The notes: generated by a model not told the origin, from the letters alone. A stretch of DNA of 64,000 nucleotides from Opitutales bacterium (GCA_965197745.1 CBDANS010000007.1:1376001-1440000); one strand, 5' to 3'; counted from the first letter of the stretch, positions 1 through 10,567 are shown. Numbers and translations are program-made.

Positions 1-906
1 CAAAATTTCAAAGGCCATACGAATTTGGTTAGGATCAAAATTCTCTTCTCCTACTTTTTCGAGAACTTTATTACTGGCATCTTCCATGATGCTGTTAACA
101 GCTTCATCGCGATCCAGCTTTTTTTCTTGAAATACGGCCTTGTCCAGTCGGTCGCTGACATGGTCCCTGATAAAAGCCAGTGTTTCGGGGTCACAGTTAT
201 GGAGCTCAAAATCTCTCTTTTGCTTTCCAGCCGACGCGGCCAACTTTTTTTGTGCGTCTATTATTTTTACGACATTTTCATGGGCAAATTCCAGGGCCGC
301 GATAAAGCGTTCGTCGGGTAATTGGTCGGCACTCCCTTCGATCATCATCATGTCTTGTTCGTTCCCGACATAAATCAGGTCGAGCGATGATTGAAATTGT
401 TGTTCATGGGTGGGGTTTACAATAAATTCTCCGTCCACTTCTCCAATACGCACGCATCCGATCGGTCCATTCCAGGGTATGTCAGATATGAGCATTGCTG
501 CTGATGCGCCGTTCACCATTAGAATGTCAGGTTCATTAATGAGATCCGTGGTGAGCAGCATGCCTAAGACTTGAACTTCATTGAGAAAACCTTTGGGGAA
601 TAACGGGCGTAGTGGCCGGTCACACAGGCGTGAGGTAAGAATTTCTTTTTCCGAAGGACGTCCTTCACGTTTAAAAAAACCACCGGGAAATCGTCCCGCC
701 GCGGAAAATTTTTCTCTATAATCAACAGTTAATGGGAAAAAATCCTGGTCTGGGCTGCGGAGTCCTGTGGCCGCCGTGGCTGCCACAAATACAATGGTTT
801 CTCCTAATCGAATAGATATCGCTCCGTTAGCTTGTTTTGCCAATGTTCCGGTCTCAAATGTAATGCCGAGATCATCAACGGTTTCTGAATATTTATGCTT
901 TAGCAT
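1..906 (-). CDS. pnp: Polyribonucleotide nucleotidyltransferase (PNPase), 5' part; runs off the window start
   Basis: Not in the ORF track; hand translation from ATG 906 gives MLKHKYSETVDDLGITFETGTLAKQANGA...DFFPLTVDYREKFSAAGRFPGGFFKREGRPSEKEILTSRLCDRPLRPLFP; open to position 1; lies downstream of rpsO. Confidence 0.97.
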   Translation of the reverse strand, partial: MLKHKYSETVDDLGITFETGTLAKQANGAISIRLGETIVFVAATAATGLRSPDQDFFPLTVDYREKFSAAGRFPGGFFKREGRPSEKEILTSRLCDRPLRPLFPKGFLNEVQVLGMLLTTDLINEPDILMVNGASAAMLISDIPWNGPIGCVRIGEVDGEFIVNPTHEQQFQSSLDLIYVGNEQDMMMIEGSADQLPDERFIAALEFAHENVVKIIDAQKKLAASAGKQKRDFELHNCDPETLAFIRDHVSDRLDKAVFQEKKLDRDEAVNSIMEDASNKVLEKVGEENFDPNQIRMAFEIL

Positions 907-1138
907 CTTTTACCTTTATTACTTATTTCTTTCTTAATCCACTTGAAATGTCGATCCATCGACCATCTTAAAATATATTTTATTTTAAAATAGGGGGTTC
1001 TGTTTGTTAATTTTTATTTCATACACATAGCAGTATTGCATTATATATTTATCTCACATCGATGGCTTTACATGACTTGTGCCAGACAGAGTGATTGAGA
1101 CAAGAGTGTCCAGCGAGTGCGAGATTTGACTACAATCT

Positions 1139-1405
1139 TTATCGACGCAATTTAAGGCGCTGCAACAGGTCGTTGTATTTTTTAAGATCGTGTCGCTTTA
1201 CATAATCAAGCAACTTTCGTCTTCGGCTTGACAACCCGATAAGTCCTCTTCGAGAGTGAAAATCTTTACGGTGTGTCCGCAGGTGTTCGGTCAGATGATT
1301 TATACGGGAAGTGAGGAGGGCAATTTGGACCTCACTTGAACCGGTATCTTTATCATGTGATCGGTAATCATTAATTATATTTGTCTTATCAATCGTTTCT
1401 GTCAT
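1139..1405 (-). CDS. rpsO: 30S ribosomal protein S15
   Basis: [13 protein letters not shown]...[11 protein letters not shown] motif; start taken as ATG 1405 (88 aa) with GGAG upstream. Confidence 0.98.
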   Translation of the reverse strand: MTETIDKTNIINDYRSHDKDTGSSEVQIALLTSRINHLTEHLRTHRKDFHSRRGLIGLSSRRRKLLDYVKRHDLKKYNDLLQRLKLRR

Positions 1406-1726
1406 TTTATTCTCCAATTTCACGACTTGAGGGACGAACGTTTTTTCGCTCGTGAATCCAGCCGGAGCCAGAAACACCGTTTAAGCCCGACGAGGTTAAT
1501 AGTCGGACAAGCCGCGGAAAAGGCCTTTATACCGGCACTTTTCTCAACGCAAGGGATAACTAAATGGCGGTAAAATTAACCTTTGCAAGCTTTAATTTAG
1601 ATGCAGGAGTTTTAAAAAAGGGATGTAATTTTTATTTCGTAAAGAATCTTTTTCATCTGCTTCACCGTCAGTTTCCTCCGATATTTTACGACACTGCAAT
1701 AGGGGAAGGCGCGGGCACTACCTGTA

Positions 1727-2095
1727 TTATCCTGCTTTAAAGACAATCTTCTCTATTTTTTCGCACCCTTCAATTTTCTTCAGGCGTTCCATGATTTCAT
1801 TGTGCTTGAATTTTAACTCCTGGCGCAAAATAGGGTTGGTAACGGCGACAATTAATTTTCGTTCTTTCTCTATGCGTAGAGGACGGCATCGATCCGCATG
1901 CATCCTCCCCACAATGTCTCGCCAGTGGGTGATAAGGCTTTCTTCGGGCCTGAGGTCACCAATTTTATATTCCTGGATTAAAGTTTCAAGAAGGGTATCC
2001 AAACTCCATGCCGGTCGATCGATGGAATAATTTTTATCTTCCGGTAGAGAACGGAGATTAGCGATGAGATTTTCGATAGGGCGTGGAAATTTCAT
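1727..2095 (-). CDS. DUF721 / DciA-like protein
   Basis: HWRDIVG...CRPLRIE...LIVAVTNPILRQELKF pattern, 122 aa. Confidence 0.75.
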   Translation of the reverse strand: MKFPRPIENLIANLRSLPEDKNYSIDRPAWSLDTLLETLIQEYKIGDLRPEESLITHWRDIVGRMHADRCRPLRIEKERKLIVAVTNPILRQELKFKHNEIMERLKKIEGCEKIEKIVFKAG

Positions 2096-2129
2096 AGAGT
2101 GCAGTATCTATAGATAAGAAAACGTAATC

Positions 2130-2834
2130 CTAGCTACGGGGTCGATGAGGCAGATACGAAAGTAAATCTATTAAACAGTTGATACGATAATAATCTTTGA
2201 TCCGGTTCTCCGGATCGAGGATAATAGCATTCCATCCGGCATTGATGGCTCCTGCCGCATCTCGATCAGGGCTATCTCCTATATGGAGTATATTTTTGGG
2301 ATTGAGGACCATACTCTTTTCAACATGAGAGAAGATGCGGCGGTCTGGCTTCTCAAAACCCACCTCACTGGAAATAAAGATAGTCTCAAAAAATTTGCCT
2401 ATCCCGCATTCGGCGGCGACATTACGAAGGCGTTTGTCCCAATTCGACAAAAGGGCAAGTCTGTAGTTGCGGTCCTTTAATGATTGAAGCGTGGGTAATG
2501 CATCATTTGAGATTTTCCATCGTCTTGCCAATGCAAAGGTCTCAAATAGATCTTTAAAAATAAGCTCAAAATCCTTATCAGAACAAAAGCGCCCAAAAGT
2601 CTTCCATGAAATATTGCGCCAGAATTCAATTTCCGTAGTTTCATTGATATTTTCACGTGTTTTTTTCAACGCCTCAGAAAATGAGCTTTTAAACATGGAA
2701 TTTAAATCCCCCGCGGGGACAGTGACTCCATGATGGGATAGCACTTCAGCATACACGGCGCCAACAGAGGGGTGGGGGGTAATCAATGTCCCTGCGGCAT
2801 CAAAAGTGATGCCAATTACCTCGGAAAAATCCAC
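2130..2834 (-). CDS. HAD-IA family hydrolase
   Basis: FDAAGTL, LLSNWD, KPDRRIF, HIGDSPDRD motifs. Confidence 0.9.
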   Translation of the reverse strand: MDFSEVIGITFDAAGTLITPHPSVGAVYAEVLSHHGVTVPAGDLNSMFKSSFSEALKKTRENINETTEIEFWRNISWKTFGRFCSDKDFELIFKDLFETFALARRWKISNDALPTLQSLKDRNYRLALLSNWDKRLRNVAAECGIGKFFETIFISSEVGFEKPDRRIFSHVEKSMVLNPKNILHIGDSPDRDAAGAINAGWNAIILDPENRIKDYYRINCLIDLLSYLPHRPRS

Positions 2835-2949
2835 ACTCTTAATGAATCATATTCCCTGGCTAATGGCTATTTATATTTAATGAGAACCATGTTTGCAACT
2901 TACTTGACGCTCTGTCATTCAATTTTAGTTTCTGAACAAAGTATTATTC

Positions 2950-3687
2950 ATGAGCTACCTGCAAAATCTGAAATTTTACTATCGCGCGTGGCGATATCGT
3001 TTAAAACTGGAAGGGAAAGAGATACTCTTTATGACAAATACCCTTTCCCCTGGCGATACGGCAGTGGATATTGGAGCGCACAAGGGTGCATACACTTATT
3101 GGATGCAAAAAGCCGTAGGCCGGAGGGGCAAGGTGTTCTCCTTTGAACCGCAGCCGTCGCTGGCTGTATACCTTGAATCAATCATAACTTCCCTCAAGTT
3201 AAACCAGGTGAAAGTAGAAAATCTGGGAATCTCCTCAAAAGCTGGATCGGCCGAGTTATATGTGCCGGGGATAAATCCTTCTCCGGGTGCGACTTTTGCT
3301 GTTCCTGCGGAGAATTTCGAGGGAACAACTTTGAGGGTTAATATAGAGTCCCTGGATGATTACTTTGATAAGACAAAAGGGAGACCCATACACCTTATCA
3401 AAGTAGATGTTGAAGGGCATGAGTTAAAAGTATTTCAGGGAGCGGAAAGAATTCTGAAAGAGGATCGTCCTGTATTAATATTTGAATGTGAAAATCGTCA
3501 TCATACTCATGACAGTATGCATGATGTTTTCACTTTTCTTGAAGAGCTGGGATTTAAAGGGGGATTTTATTCAGGGAACCGTTTTTATCCGTTCTCGCTC
3601 TTTAATGAGACTGAACATCAGAAGTCAGGGCACCCCGGTTATGTAAATAACTTCATCTTCAAATACGGAACACTGCCCTCTGACTAA
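2950..3687 (+). CDS. FkbM family methyltransferase
   Basis: VDIGAHKG, FSFEP, IKVDVEGHE motifs. Confidence 0.92.
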   Translation: MSYLQNLKFYYRAWRYRLKLEGKEILFMTNTLSPGDTAVDIGAHKGAYTYWMQKAVGRRGKVFSFEPQPSLAVYLESIITSLKLNQVKVENLGISSKAGSAELYVPGINPSPGATFAVPAENFEGTTLRVNIESLDDYFDKTKGRPIHLIKVDVEGHELKVFQGAERILKEDRPVLIFECENRHHTHDSMHDVFTFLEELGFKGGFYSGNRFYPFSLFNETEHQKSGHPGYVNNFIFKYGTLPSD

Positions 3688-3696
3688 TGAAAGAAA

Positions 3697-4488
3697 TCAA
3701 GAGGGAGTGGAAGGACCTTTAATCGTTTTATTGTGTTCATATAGCTTGCTATAGCGAACGAGGGTATAAAATGCCATTGTCACCGCGATATAAAATCCGG
3801 GGAATCCATCCATAAAACCTAACTTTATAAAATAACCTCTGAAAAACCGCCATCCTGGTCGAAATACGGTTTGCAACAGCGACCACCGTGATTCCTTTTC
3901 CAACTGACGTTTTAAAAATATATCACTGAAATATATAATTTTTTCAATCTGGGCGTTAAGGTTGGGATAGGTGTAATGATGCAGGTCTCCCCTGAGTTTC
4001 TGCGATTTGCCATCAATCACGATTTTTTCATGTTCTATCCCTCCACCCCAACGCGCTTTACCGGCTCGTAAAAGCCGTTGGCTGTAATCCGGGTACCAAT
4101 CGCCATGAGTAATCCAGCGTCCCATGAACCACACTTTTCGTGGAAAATAAGCACCATCGAAATCATTATTTTCTATTTCAATAAATGCCTGAATAGATGC
4201 CTTGAGTTCAGGCGAAACTTCTTCGTCCGCGTCGAGAGCGAGGATCCAGGGCTGCGTTGCATAATCCAGGGCTATATTCTTCTGGTCGCGATAACCGCGC
4301 CATTCATGATTGAAAACACGCGCATTATAGCTGAGCGCAACTTCCTCTGTTTCATCGCTACAGTCATTTATAACCAGGACAATATCCTTTACCCAGAACG
4401 CCACACTGTCCAAACACCTTTTCAGGTTATCGGCCTCATTGTGCGCAATCATGGTAACACTTAGCGGATATTTTTTTTCCTCACTCAT
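3697..4488 (-). CDS. Glycosyltransferase family 2 (WaaE/KdtX-like LPS core beta-glucosyltransferase)
   Basis: NEADNLKRCL, WILALDADE, HE..., GFMDGFPGF motifs. Confidence 0.9.
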   Translation of the reverse strand: MSEEKKYPLSVTMIAHNEADNLKRCLDSVAFWVKDIVLVINDCSDETEEVALSYNARVFNHEWRGYRDQKNIALDYATQPWILALDADEEVSPELKASIQAFIEIENNDFDGAYFPRKVWFMGRWITHGDWYPDYSQRLLRAGKARWGGGIEHEKIVIDGKSQKLRGDLHHYTYPNLNAQIEKIIYFSDIFLKRQLEKESRWSLLQTVFRPGWRFFRGYFIKLGFMDGFPGFYIAVTMAFYTLVRYSKLYEHNKTIKGPSTPS

Positions 4489-4651
4489 AAATGATCAACA
4501 CTCTCTAAGCACGAAATCAAAATTAGAATGCACTGTCCTCTAAATGTAAATTAATTTTGTGATTGATGAGGATTGGCAAAATTCGAGAATGTCATTTATA
4601 GTTAGTATCTGTCTATCAACCCCGTTTATAATTTAATGCTTTCATTGTACT

Positions 4652-5641
4652 ATGGATTATGAAGAGTCTATACAGCCGCTTCGAGGAGAAAACACACTGC
4701 GCATCCTCCACCGGATACTTCCTCTAGGCCGTAAATATCATCCGATCTTAACGCTTTTTAATAAACGGCAAGGATTAATAGCTGTACCTTTTGCCATGCA
4801 CTTTGTCATTACTCCAGCTTCATGGGGAAAGCAAATAGTCAATTATCTATTAACCGGGAGTGATTTCATTCCTGAAATAAGTCTTCTGGAACCCTTGTGT
4901 CGCAATTTGAAAGAAGGTATTATACTCGATATCGGAGCCAATACGGGGCTCTATGTGTTGTTCATAAGAAATTATTCAAACTTGCCAATTGTGGCTTACG
5001 AGCCGGATCCCTTTCTTTTTAAACTTTTAAACCAGACTATAGCCTACAATGCGATTCAGAATATCAAAATAAAAAATGTAGCATGTGGGAATGAGCGCAG
5101 TGAATTGGCTTTTGCCATGGGCATTAACGGCTCAGTCGTTGTTGACACCGTAAACAACCCATCGCATGAAGTGAACTTGCTTTTCTATGAAAATAACTGG
5201 GATCGAGAAGCGCAAGAGACGAAAGCGGGTAATTTAGTGATAAAAGTACCGGCCGTAGCCCTCGATGAGGAATTAGTCAACGGGCCTAAAGTGGCCATGA
5301 TGAAAATAGACTGCGAAGGCTATGAGTGCCATATATTAAAGGGAGCTAAGGATCTTATCGCGCAACATAAACCCTATCTTTTTTTAGAACTTCATCCAAC
5401 AATGCTCAATAAGTTTAACCATACATCTGAAGACGTCCTCGAATTATTAAATCCTTATTACCATTTACAGTACTGGTGTTATCAGCACAACTGGCCGACG
5501 ACGAAATTAGGACGAAGTCTTATGAAATTCAGAAAATCGAAAGCCCACCAATATGAAGATGCAGATGAAATGCTCGCTGATATAAAATCCAATCCTGGCA
5601 TATCCCAGGTATACCTGGTAGGTCACCCTAAAGAAGATTGA
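4652..5641 (+). CDS. FkbM family methyltransferase
   Basis: LDIGANTG, AYEP, MKIDCEGYE motifs. Confidence 0.9.
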   Translation: MDYEESIQPLRGENTLRILHRILPLGRKYHPILTLFNKRQGLIAVPFAMHFVITPASWGKQIVNYLLTGSDFIPEISLLEPLCRNLKEGIILDIGANTGLYVLFIRNYSNLPIVAYEPDPFLFKLLNQTIAYNAIQNIKIKNVACGNERSELAFAMGINGSVVVDTVNNPSHEVNLLFYENNWDREAQETKAGNLVIKVPAVALDEELVNGPKVAMMKIDCEGYECHILKGAKDLIAQHKPYLFLELHPTMLNKFNHTSEDVLELLNPYYHLQYWCYQHNWPTTKLGRSLMKFRKSKAHQYEDADEMLADIKSNPGISQVYLVGHPKED

Positions 5642-5670
5642 ATGAAGTGAACCTGCTGATAGATCAACTT

Positions 5671-6711
5671 TTATCGCGTGTCATCTCGTTCCAGTTCTTT
5701 GAGGAATTCAGATATATCCCCTTTAGCTCTCGCCACTGTGATATCCGCCATGTATCTATTCTCTTCAAAGGTTTTAAAGGCTTGATTTAAATTTCTATTC
5801 TTTAAAGCAATAATTTTATGTTTAACTTTCCATGGCCCATATACGCGGTCATCCGACATCCCGTAAAATGCAACGGTTGGACAACCGCACGCTGCGGACA
5901 GATGAGTGGTTACGGTATCGACGCCGACATATATTTTGGCCCGGTATAAAAGATAAGCCAACTCTGAGAAAGACATCCCTTTTTCAGCAAAAATACAGTT
6001 TTCCCCAGTGTTTTCCTGTAAGCTCTTAGCCTGTTCTATTTCCGTTTGATCACTACTTGTATTGATAACTACCTGATCGAATTTTTGAAGCAGCCATTGG
6101 GTCAGCTCGATCCAATTTTCCATCGGCCACTCCTTGCTTTTCCACCTTGTGGCCATGCGCAAAACCGCATAATTACTCTGAATATGAATAATGTTTTCAA
6201 AAATCGGTTCTGTCACGTCCCTTGAATATTGGAGTGCGGGTGGGGAATCAGGGAGTGCCAATACTTCTTTTACTATGCGGTAGTCTTTTTCTACGGTATG
6301 TAGGTGAGGCTGATGAAACGTTAATATTTCGTCAAATACCCCCTTCCACATGATGTTTAATTTAGTATTCGTGCCATCAGCGATTTTATTTTTCCCCTTA
6401 AGCAAGGAAACTAACCAACGGGCCCTGCTTTTATCGGTAAGTTCAAAAATATAGTCGAAGTTGTATTTCCTTAATCCCCTGATGATATCAAGATCATGCA
6501 TGAAGGTTTTAATATTTCGATTCTCATACTCAATAGGAGTGTATGGAAAAATGTGATCGATTCCATTACAACCTTCGAGTATTCCTTCGGACCCTTTTCT
6601 AATGACAACAAATATTTCCGCAGTGGGGCATGACTCTCTCACCGCTGCCAGGGTAGGGGTCATGAGGAGTGAATCTCCGATATGAAGGAGCTTGATAAAT
6701 AATATACGCAT
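5671..6711 (-). CDS. Glycosyltransferase family 9 (LPS heptosyltransferase-like)
   Basis: RILFIKLLHIGDSLLMTP, KEWP, GVDTVTTHLSAA, YGPW motifs. Confidence 0.92.
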   Translation of the reverse strand: MRILFIKLLHIGDSLLMTPTLAAVRESCPTAEIFVVIRKGSEGILEGCNGIDHIFPYTPIEYENRNIKTFMHDLDIIRGLRKYNFDYIFELTDKSRARWLVSLLKGKNKIADGTNTKLNIMWKGVFDEILTFHQPHLHTVEKDYRIVKEVLALPDSPPALQYSRDVTEPIFENIIHIQSNYAVLRMATRWKSKEWPMENWIELTQWLLQKFDQVVINTSSDQTEIEQAKSLQENTGENCIFAEKGMSFSELAYLLYRAKIYVGVDTVTTHLSAACGCPTVAFYGMSDDRVYGPWKVKHKIIALKNRNLNQAFKTFEENRYMADITVARAKGDISEFLKELERDDTR

Positions 6712-6840
6712 CCTGATTATTTCAGCATAAAAACAGAGAACACTTCAGGTGTAATGTAAACGTGTAAGTTACTGAGACTTTCCGACTTTTATCTTTCAAA
6801 TGACTTGTGCTATTTTGGAAACTTTATATGCTAATGCAAA

Positions 6841-8658
6841 ATGAAAAATTTCATTAGCAAGGTAATGCACAACCTCGCTGCTATGTTCGTAGCATTGGGG
6901 GTGTTCATAGTTATTTGGGTTGTGGTCTTAATAATCCTTGCCCTTATTTTCGAGGAAAGAGCCGTTCCCATAAAAGAAGATTCTGTTTTAGCCTTTGATC
7001 TCTCTGTTAACATCATGGATTCTCCCCGTGATTTTTCAGCGTTCGATTTAATCGAAGAAACCATAGACGGTGGTTCTTCTCCCGTTTTATATTTAAAATC
7101 CGTGATTGATGGCATCGAGAGAGCAGCCGAAGATGACCGTATCTCGGCTTTATTCCTTTATGGCAGCCTCAGACCAGAAAATTATGGCTCCAGCTATGCG
7201 GTATTGCGGGAAGTGAGAGATGCCATAAAGCGGTTCGAAAAATCAGAAAAACCGGTTATCGCTTATCTCGTCAATTCTTCATTACGGGATTATTATTTAG
7301 TATCTTCGGCGGAGACCCTGATCCAGAACCCTTTTGGTTTAGTAAATTTAAAAGGACTATCACTTAATCATATATTTTTGGGAAATGCTTTTGATAAGTA
7401 TGGGATTGAAGTGCAAACTTCACGAATCGGTAAATACAAATCTTTTGTAGAGGCATTTACCAGTGATAAAATGAGCCCGGAAGATCGTTATCAGACGAAA
7501 GAATTAATTGAAAGTTTATGGAAAAATATTCTCTCTGATATCAGTGAAAGTCGAAATATCAACGTTGAATCACTGGCAGAATTTTCGGAGGATCGAGGGT
7601 TCATTTCCCCTGATGTGGGGATCGAAGCTGGTTTAATTGACGAATCTGCGTATTTTGATGAAGTGCGGGAAAAACTTATAGAGGTATCCGGTTTTGATGA
7701 AGATCTAGAAAGCTTTAAACAAATTAAATTTAACGATTACCTTCGTGAAGGTCGTCTTCAATCCCCTGACATTCTGGTTCTCGATAAGGAGCCGAAGATT
7801 GCGGTTGTTTATGCCGAAGGGATGATCGTCAATGGAGAGGGAGATTTTGACCAGGTGGGAAGTGACCGGGTGTCACGAGAGCTTCGCAAACTGAGGCATC
7901 GGGACGATGTCAAAGCGATTGTTTTACGTGTCAACAGCCCGGGTGGCAGCGCTGTTGCTTCAGAAATTCTTCTTCGTGAATTGCAGTTATTGAAAGAGGA
8001 AAAACCGGTCGTTGTCTCAATGGGCTCGTTTGCAGCTTCAGGTGGATATTGGATATCTGCTCTTGCCGACACCATTTATGCGGAAGCGACAACAATAACC
8101 GGATCAATAGGTGTTTTTAGCATTTATCCCAATATAAAAGAATTCTCTAATCGCATTGGAATTACTTTTGATGGCGTGAAAACTTCCAAATATGCGGATA
8201 TATTTTCGGTAACACGGTCTAAATCAGAGGATGAATTGGGATTACTGCAAGAGTACACAGATTTCATTTATGATTCTTTTGTCGCGCGTGTATCGGAGGG
8301 ACGAAAATTAAGTATAGAAAAAGTAGAAGCGATTGCCCAGGGCCGAATCTGGTCCGGCGCCGGAGCGAAGGAAATTGGTCTCGTCGATAAATTGGGCGGG
8401 CTTGATGATGCCATAGAGCATGCCGTTGGTATTGCGGGGATAAAAGGTGATTGGCGTCTTATTCAGGTTCCTGAGGAAACGGATGCTGCAGCCTTTATCG
8501 ATAAACTACTTGGTGGTCCAGGCAGAGAACCCATTGGGTATGAAGGTTCGCTCACTAATAAGTTAAAAGAATTAGAGCGTGAGCTTTCATCCTTAAACAT
8601 TCTCAATGATCCGAATGGCGTTTATGCCTTGTTGCCACTCAGCTTTAAACTGAACTGA
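6841..8658 (+). CDS. sppA: Signal peptide peptidase SppA (67K type)
   Basis: N-terminal TM; GKYKS, LRVNSPGGS, AASGGYWIS, TITGSIGV, IAQGRIW. Confidence 0.96.
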   Translation: MKNFISKVMHNLAAMFVALGVFIVIWVVVLIILALIFEERAVPIKEDSVLAFDLSVNIMDSPRDFSAFDLIEETIDGGSSPVLYLKSVIDGIERAAEDDRISALFLYGSLRPENYGSSYAVLREVRDAIKRFEKSEKPVIAYLVNSSLRDYYLVSSAETLIQNPFGLVNLKGLSLNHIFLGNAFDKYGIEVQTSRIGKYKSFVEAFTSDKMSPEDRYQTKELIESLWKNILSDISESRNINVESLAEFSEDRGFISPDVGIEAGLIDESAYFDEVREKLIEVSGFDEDLESFKQIKFNDYLREGRLQSPDILVLDKEPKIAVVYAEGMIVNGEGDFDQVGSDRVSRELRKLRHRDDVKAIVLRVNSPGGSAVASEILLRELQLLKEEKPVVVSMGSFAASGGYWISALADTIYAEATTITGSIGVFSIYPNIKEFSNRIGITFDGVKTSKYADIFSVTRSKSEDELGLLQEYTDFIYDSFVARVSEGRKLSIEKVEAIAQGRIWSGAGAKEIGLVDKLGGLDDAIEHAVGIAGIKGDWRLIQVPEETDAAAFIDKLLGGPGREPIGYEGSLTNKLKELERELSSLNILNDPNGVYALLPLSFKLN

Positions 8659-8714
8659 GTTTTAGGTGAGCATCGCGATTCATCGCACTTCAGGTAATTG
8701 ACAAATTACGATTT

Positions 8715-9293
8715 GTGGATGAGACTTACTCCATTAAGATGGAAAACGAGGAAGTCATATTAAATCGCGATTGTAAAGCTACGCTCATTCCAGCTGGTCA
8801 TGAAGTTGTCCTCACTGAGGGAACTACAGTTACCATTTCTCAGGCTCTTGGTGGCAGTCTTACCATACGAAATGATATGGGAATGTACCGGATCGGAAAC
8901 AGCGAGCTAGACGCGCTTGGTGATGATATTGCCGGGCAAATAAGAAATCAGAAAATACCAGCTGAAGAATCTGACATACCATTTGGTGTGGATTTAGTGT
9001 GGGATGCTTTGAAAACCTGTTATGACCCGGAAATTCCGGTAAACATCGTTGATCTTGGATTGATTTATGATCTTTCCCTGGTGGATTTGGATGAAAATAA
9101 CCATAATGTAAATGTGAAGATGACATTGACAGCGCAGGGGTGTGGAATGGGACCAGCTATTGCCGCTGACGCTAAAGAGAAAATCGAGGCTTTACCCTCT
9201 GTGCAATCGGCTGACGTGCAGATTGTATGGGATCCCCAATGGACTCCGCACATGATATCCGAGGAAGGTCGCAAACTGCTCGGTCTCGACTGA
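8715..9293 (+). CDS. sufT: Putative Fe-S cluster assembly protein SufT (DUF59)
   Basis: QALGGS, CYDPEIPVNIVDLGLIY, MTLTAQGCGMG, VWDPQW; alternative start ATG 8739. Confidence 0.88.
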   Translation: MDETYSIKMENEEVILNRDCKATLIPAGHEVVLTEGTTVTISQALGGSLTIRNDMGMYRIGNSELDALGDDIAGQIRNQKIPAEESDIPFGVDLVWDALKTCYDPEIPVNIVDLGLIYDLSLVDLDENNHNVNVKMTLTAQGCGMGPAIAADAKEKIEALPSVQSADVQIVWDPQWTPHMISEEGRKLLGLD

Positions 9294-9308
9294 AGCACTT
9301 TTTAACCC

Positions 9309-10247
9309 ATGGAACTGGAGGAAAAAAAAAGACCTCCCAAACCGGAATTAAAACAGATCCGGAGCTTTATCGACCACATTGCGTTGGAGCGTCGTCTCTC
9401 AGAATACACGGTGCGTAATTATCGAGCTGCCCTCTTAAATTTTTTTACCTGGCTGAGAGATATCAGCAATTGGACGGGTGATCTAAGTAAAATCGAAAAC
9501 AGGGTGGTCCGTGATTACTTAATTGAAAGTCAACGTCGTGTATCGCGCCGCACGCTTCATAACCATGTCTCTGGATTGAGATCTTTTTATAAATTTCAAC
9601 TCAGAAATGGAGCTGTTCAAAGCAATCCTTTTGAAGGAATCACATTACCTAAATTACAAAAACCACTCCCAAAATTTTTAACGGAAAATCAGATCAAACA
9701 ACTTATTACTGGTCCGATGACCCTACTTGGTAACGAAAGTCTTACCCCATTTCAAGCATGGCGGGACAGGCTCATCCTGGAATTGCTCTATGGTGGAGGT
9801 TTGCGGGTGAGTGAACTGATTGGATTAAACTACGGGATGATTGATTTGAGCAGTGGCGTTGCGCGCATTCGGGGTAAAGGCAATAAAGAGAGGCTCTGCC
9901 CGCTTGGTAGGGTGGCCACGGCCTGCCTTAATAAGTTTAGCTCTGAACATGCACCTGAAACCGGCTATGACGACCCGGTTGTGATTAATGATCGGGGCCA
10001 TCGGGTTAGCGCCAGATATGTCCAATTGATGATAAAAAAATATTTAGCCCTTTCGGATCTACCACTCGATATGAGTCCTCATAAGATACGACATTCTTAT
10101 GCAACACACTTGCTCAATAATGGAGCAGATTTGAGATTGGTGCAGGAACTGCTTGGACACGCCAGTCTGTCTACCACCCAGATTTACACCCATGTAGATT
10201 TGGCGCGCTTAAAAGATGCTCATCGTAAAGCCCATCCGCGACCTTAG
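9309..10247 (+). CDS. xerC: Tyrosine recombinase, XerC-like
   Basis: GLRVSEL, GKGNKER, HKIRHSYATHLL, LLGHASLSTTQIYTH catalytic residues; housekeeping context; XerC versus XerD not certain. Confidence 0.85.
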   Translation: MELEEKKRPPKPELKQIRSFIDHIALERRLSEYTVRNYRAALLNFFTWLRDISNWTGDLSKIENRVVRDYLIESQRRVSRRTLHNHVSGLRSFYKFQLRNGAVQSNPFEGITLPKLQKPLPKFLTENQIKQLITGPMTLLGNESLTPFQAWRDRLILELLYGGGLRVSELIGLNYGMIDLSSGVARIRGKGNKERLCPLGRVATACLNKFSSEHAPETGYDDPVVINDRGHRVSARYVQLMIKKYLALSDLPLDMSPHKIRHSYATHLLNNGADLRLVQELLGHASLSTTQIYTHVDLARLKDAHRKAHPRP

Positions 10248-10327
10248 CAGGGAATTTATAGGTGGTATTCAATAGGCGGGATTGTAGCAGGGTGAAAATA
10301 GAGCTATGCTCCTGAATATTAAAATTT

Positions 10328-10523
10328 ACGGCCACGACGGAGCGTGGCCCTCCATTATTATGGAGAGACGAAGAATAGTCGGCTATAACCACGCTGCTGC
10401 GCAAGGTTCGGTGGTAGCTATTCCTTAACTGGCAATGTGTGCCTTGCAGCCATACCTATTGTCGATTTTAGATTCCAATACCGTCCGTGTTTCTTCTGGA
10501 GGGCCACGCTCCGTCGTGGCCGT
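10328..10523. repeat. Inverted pair of 27-bp REP-like palindromes (10328-10354 and 10497-10523)
   Basis: TGGAGGGCCACGCTCCGTCGTGGCCGT at 10497 and its exact reverse complement at 10328, between convergent genes. Confidence 0.9.
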
Positions 10524-10567
10524 CGTCCAAGTCGATAATTTTTCAGGGAGCTACCCCTCAATGTATG

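Noticed and set aside
25..373. Plus-strand ORFs 25-321 and 140-373
   Set aside because: Antisense shadows of pnp; the same applies to most short ORFs overlapping confident genes
9309..10247. Tyrosine recombinase as a phage or island integrase
   Set aside because: XerC-like length and motifs, housekeeping neighbours, no att repeats or cargo
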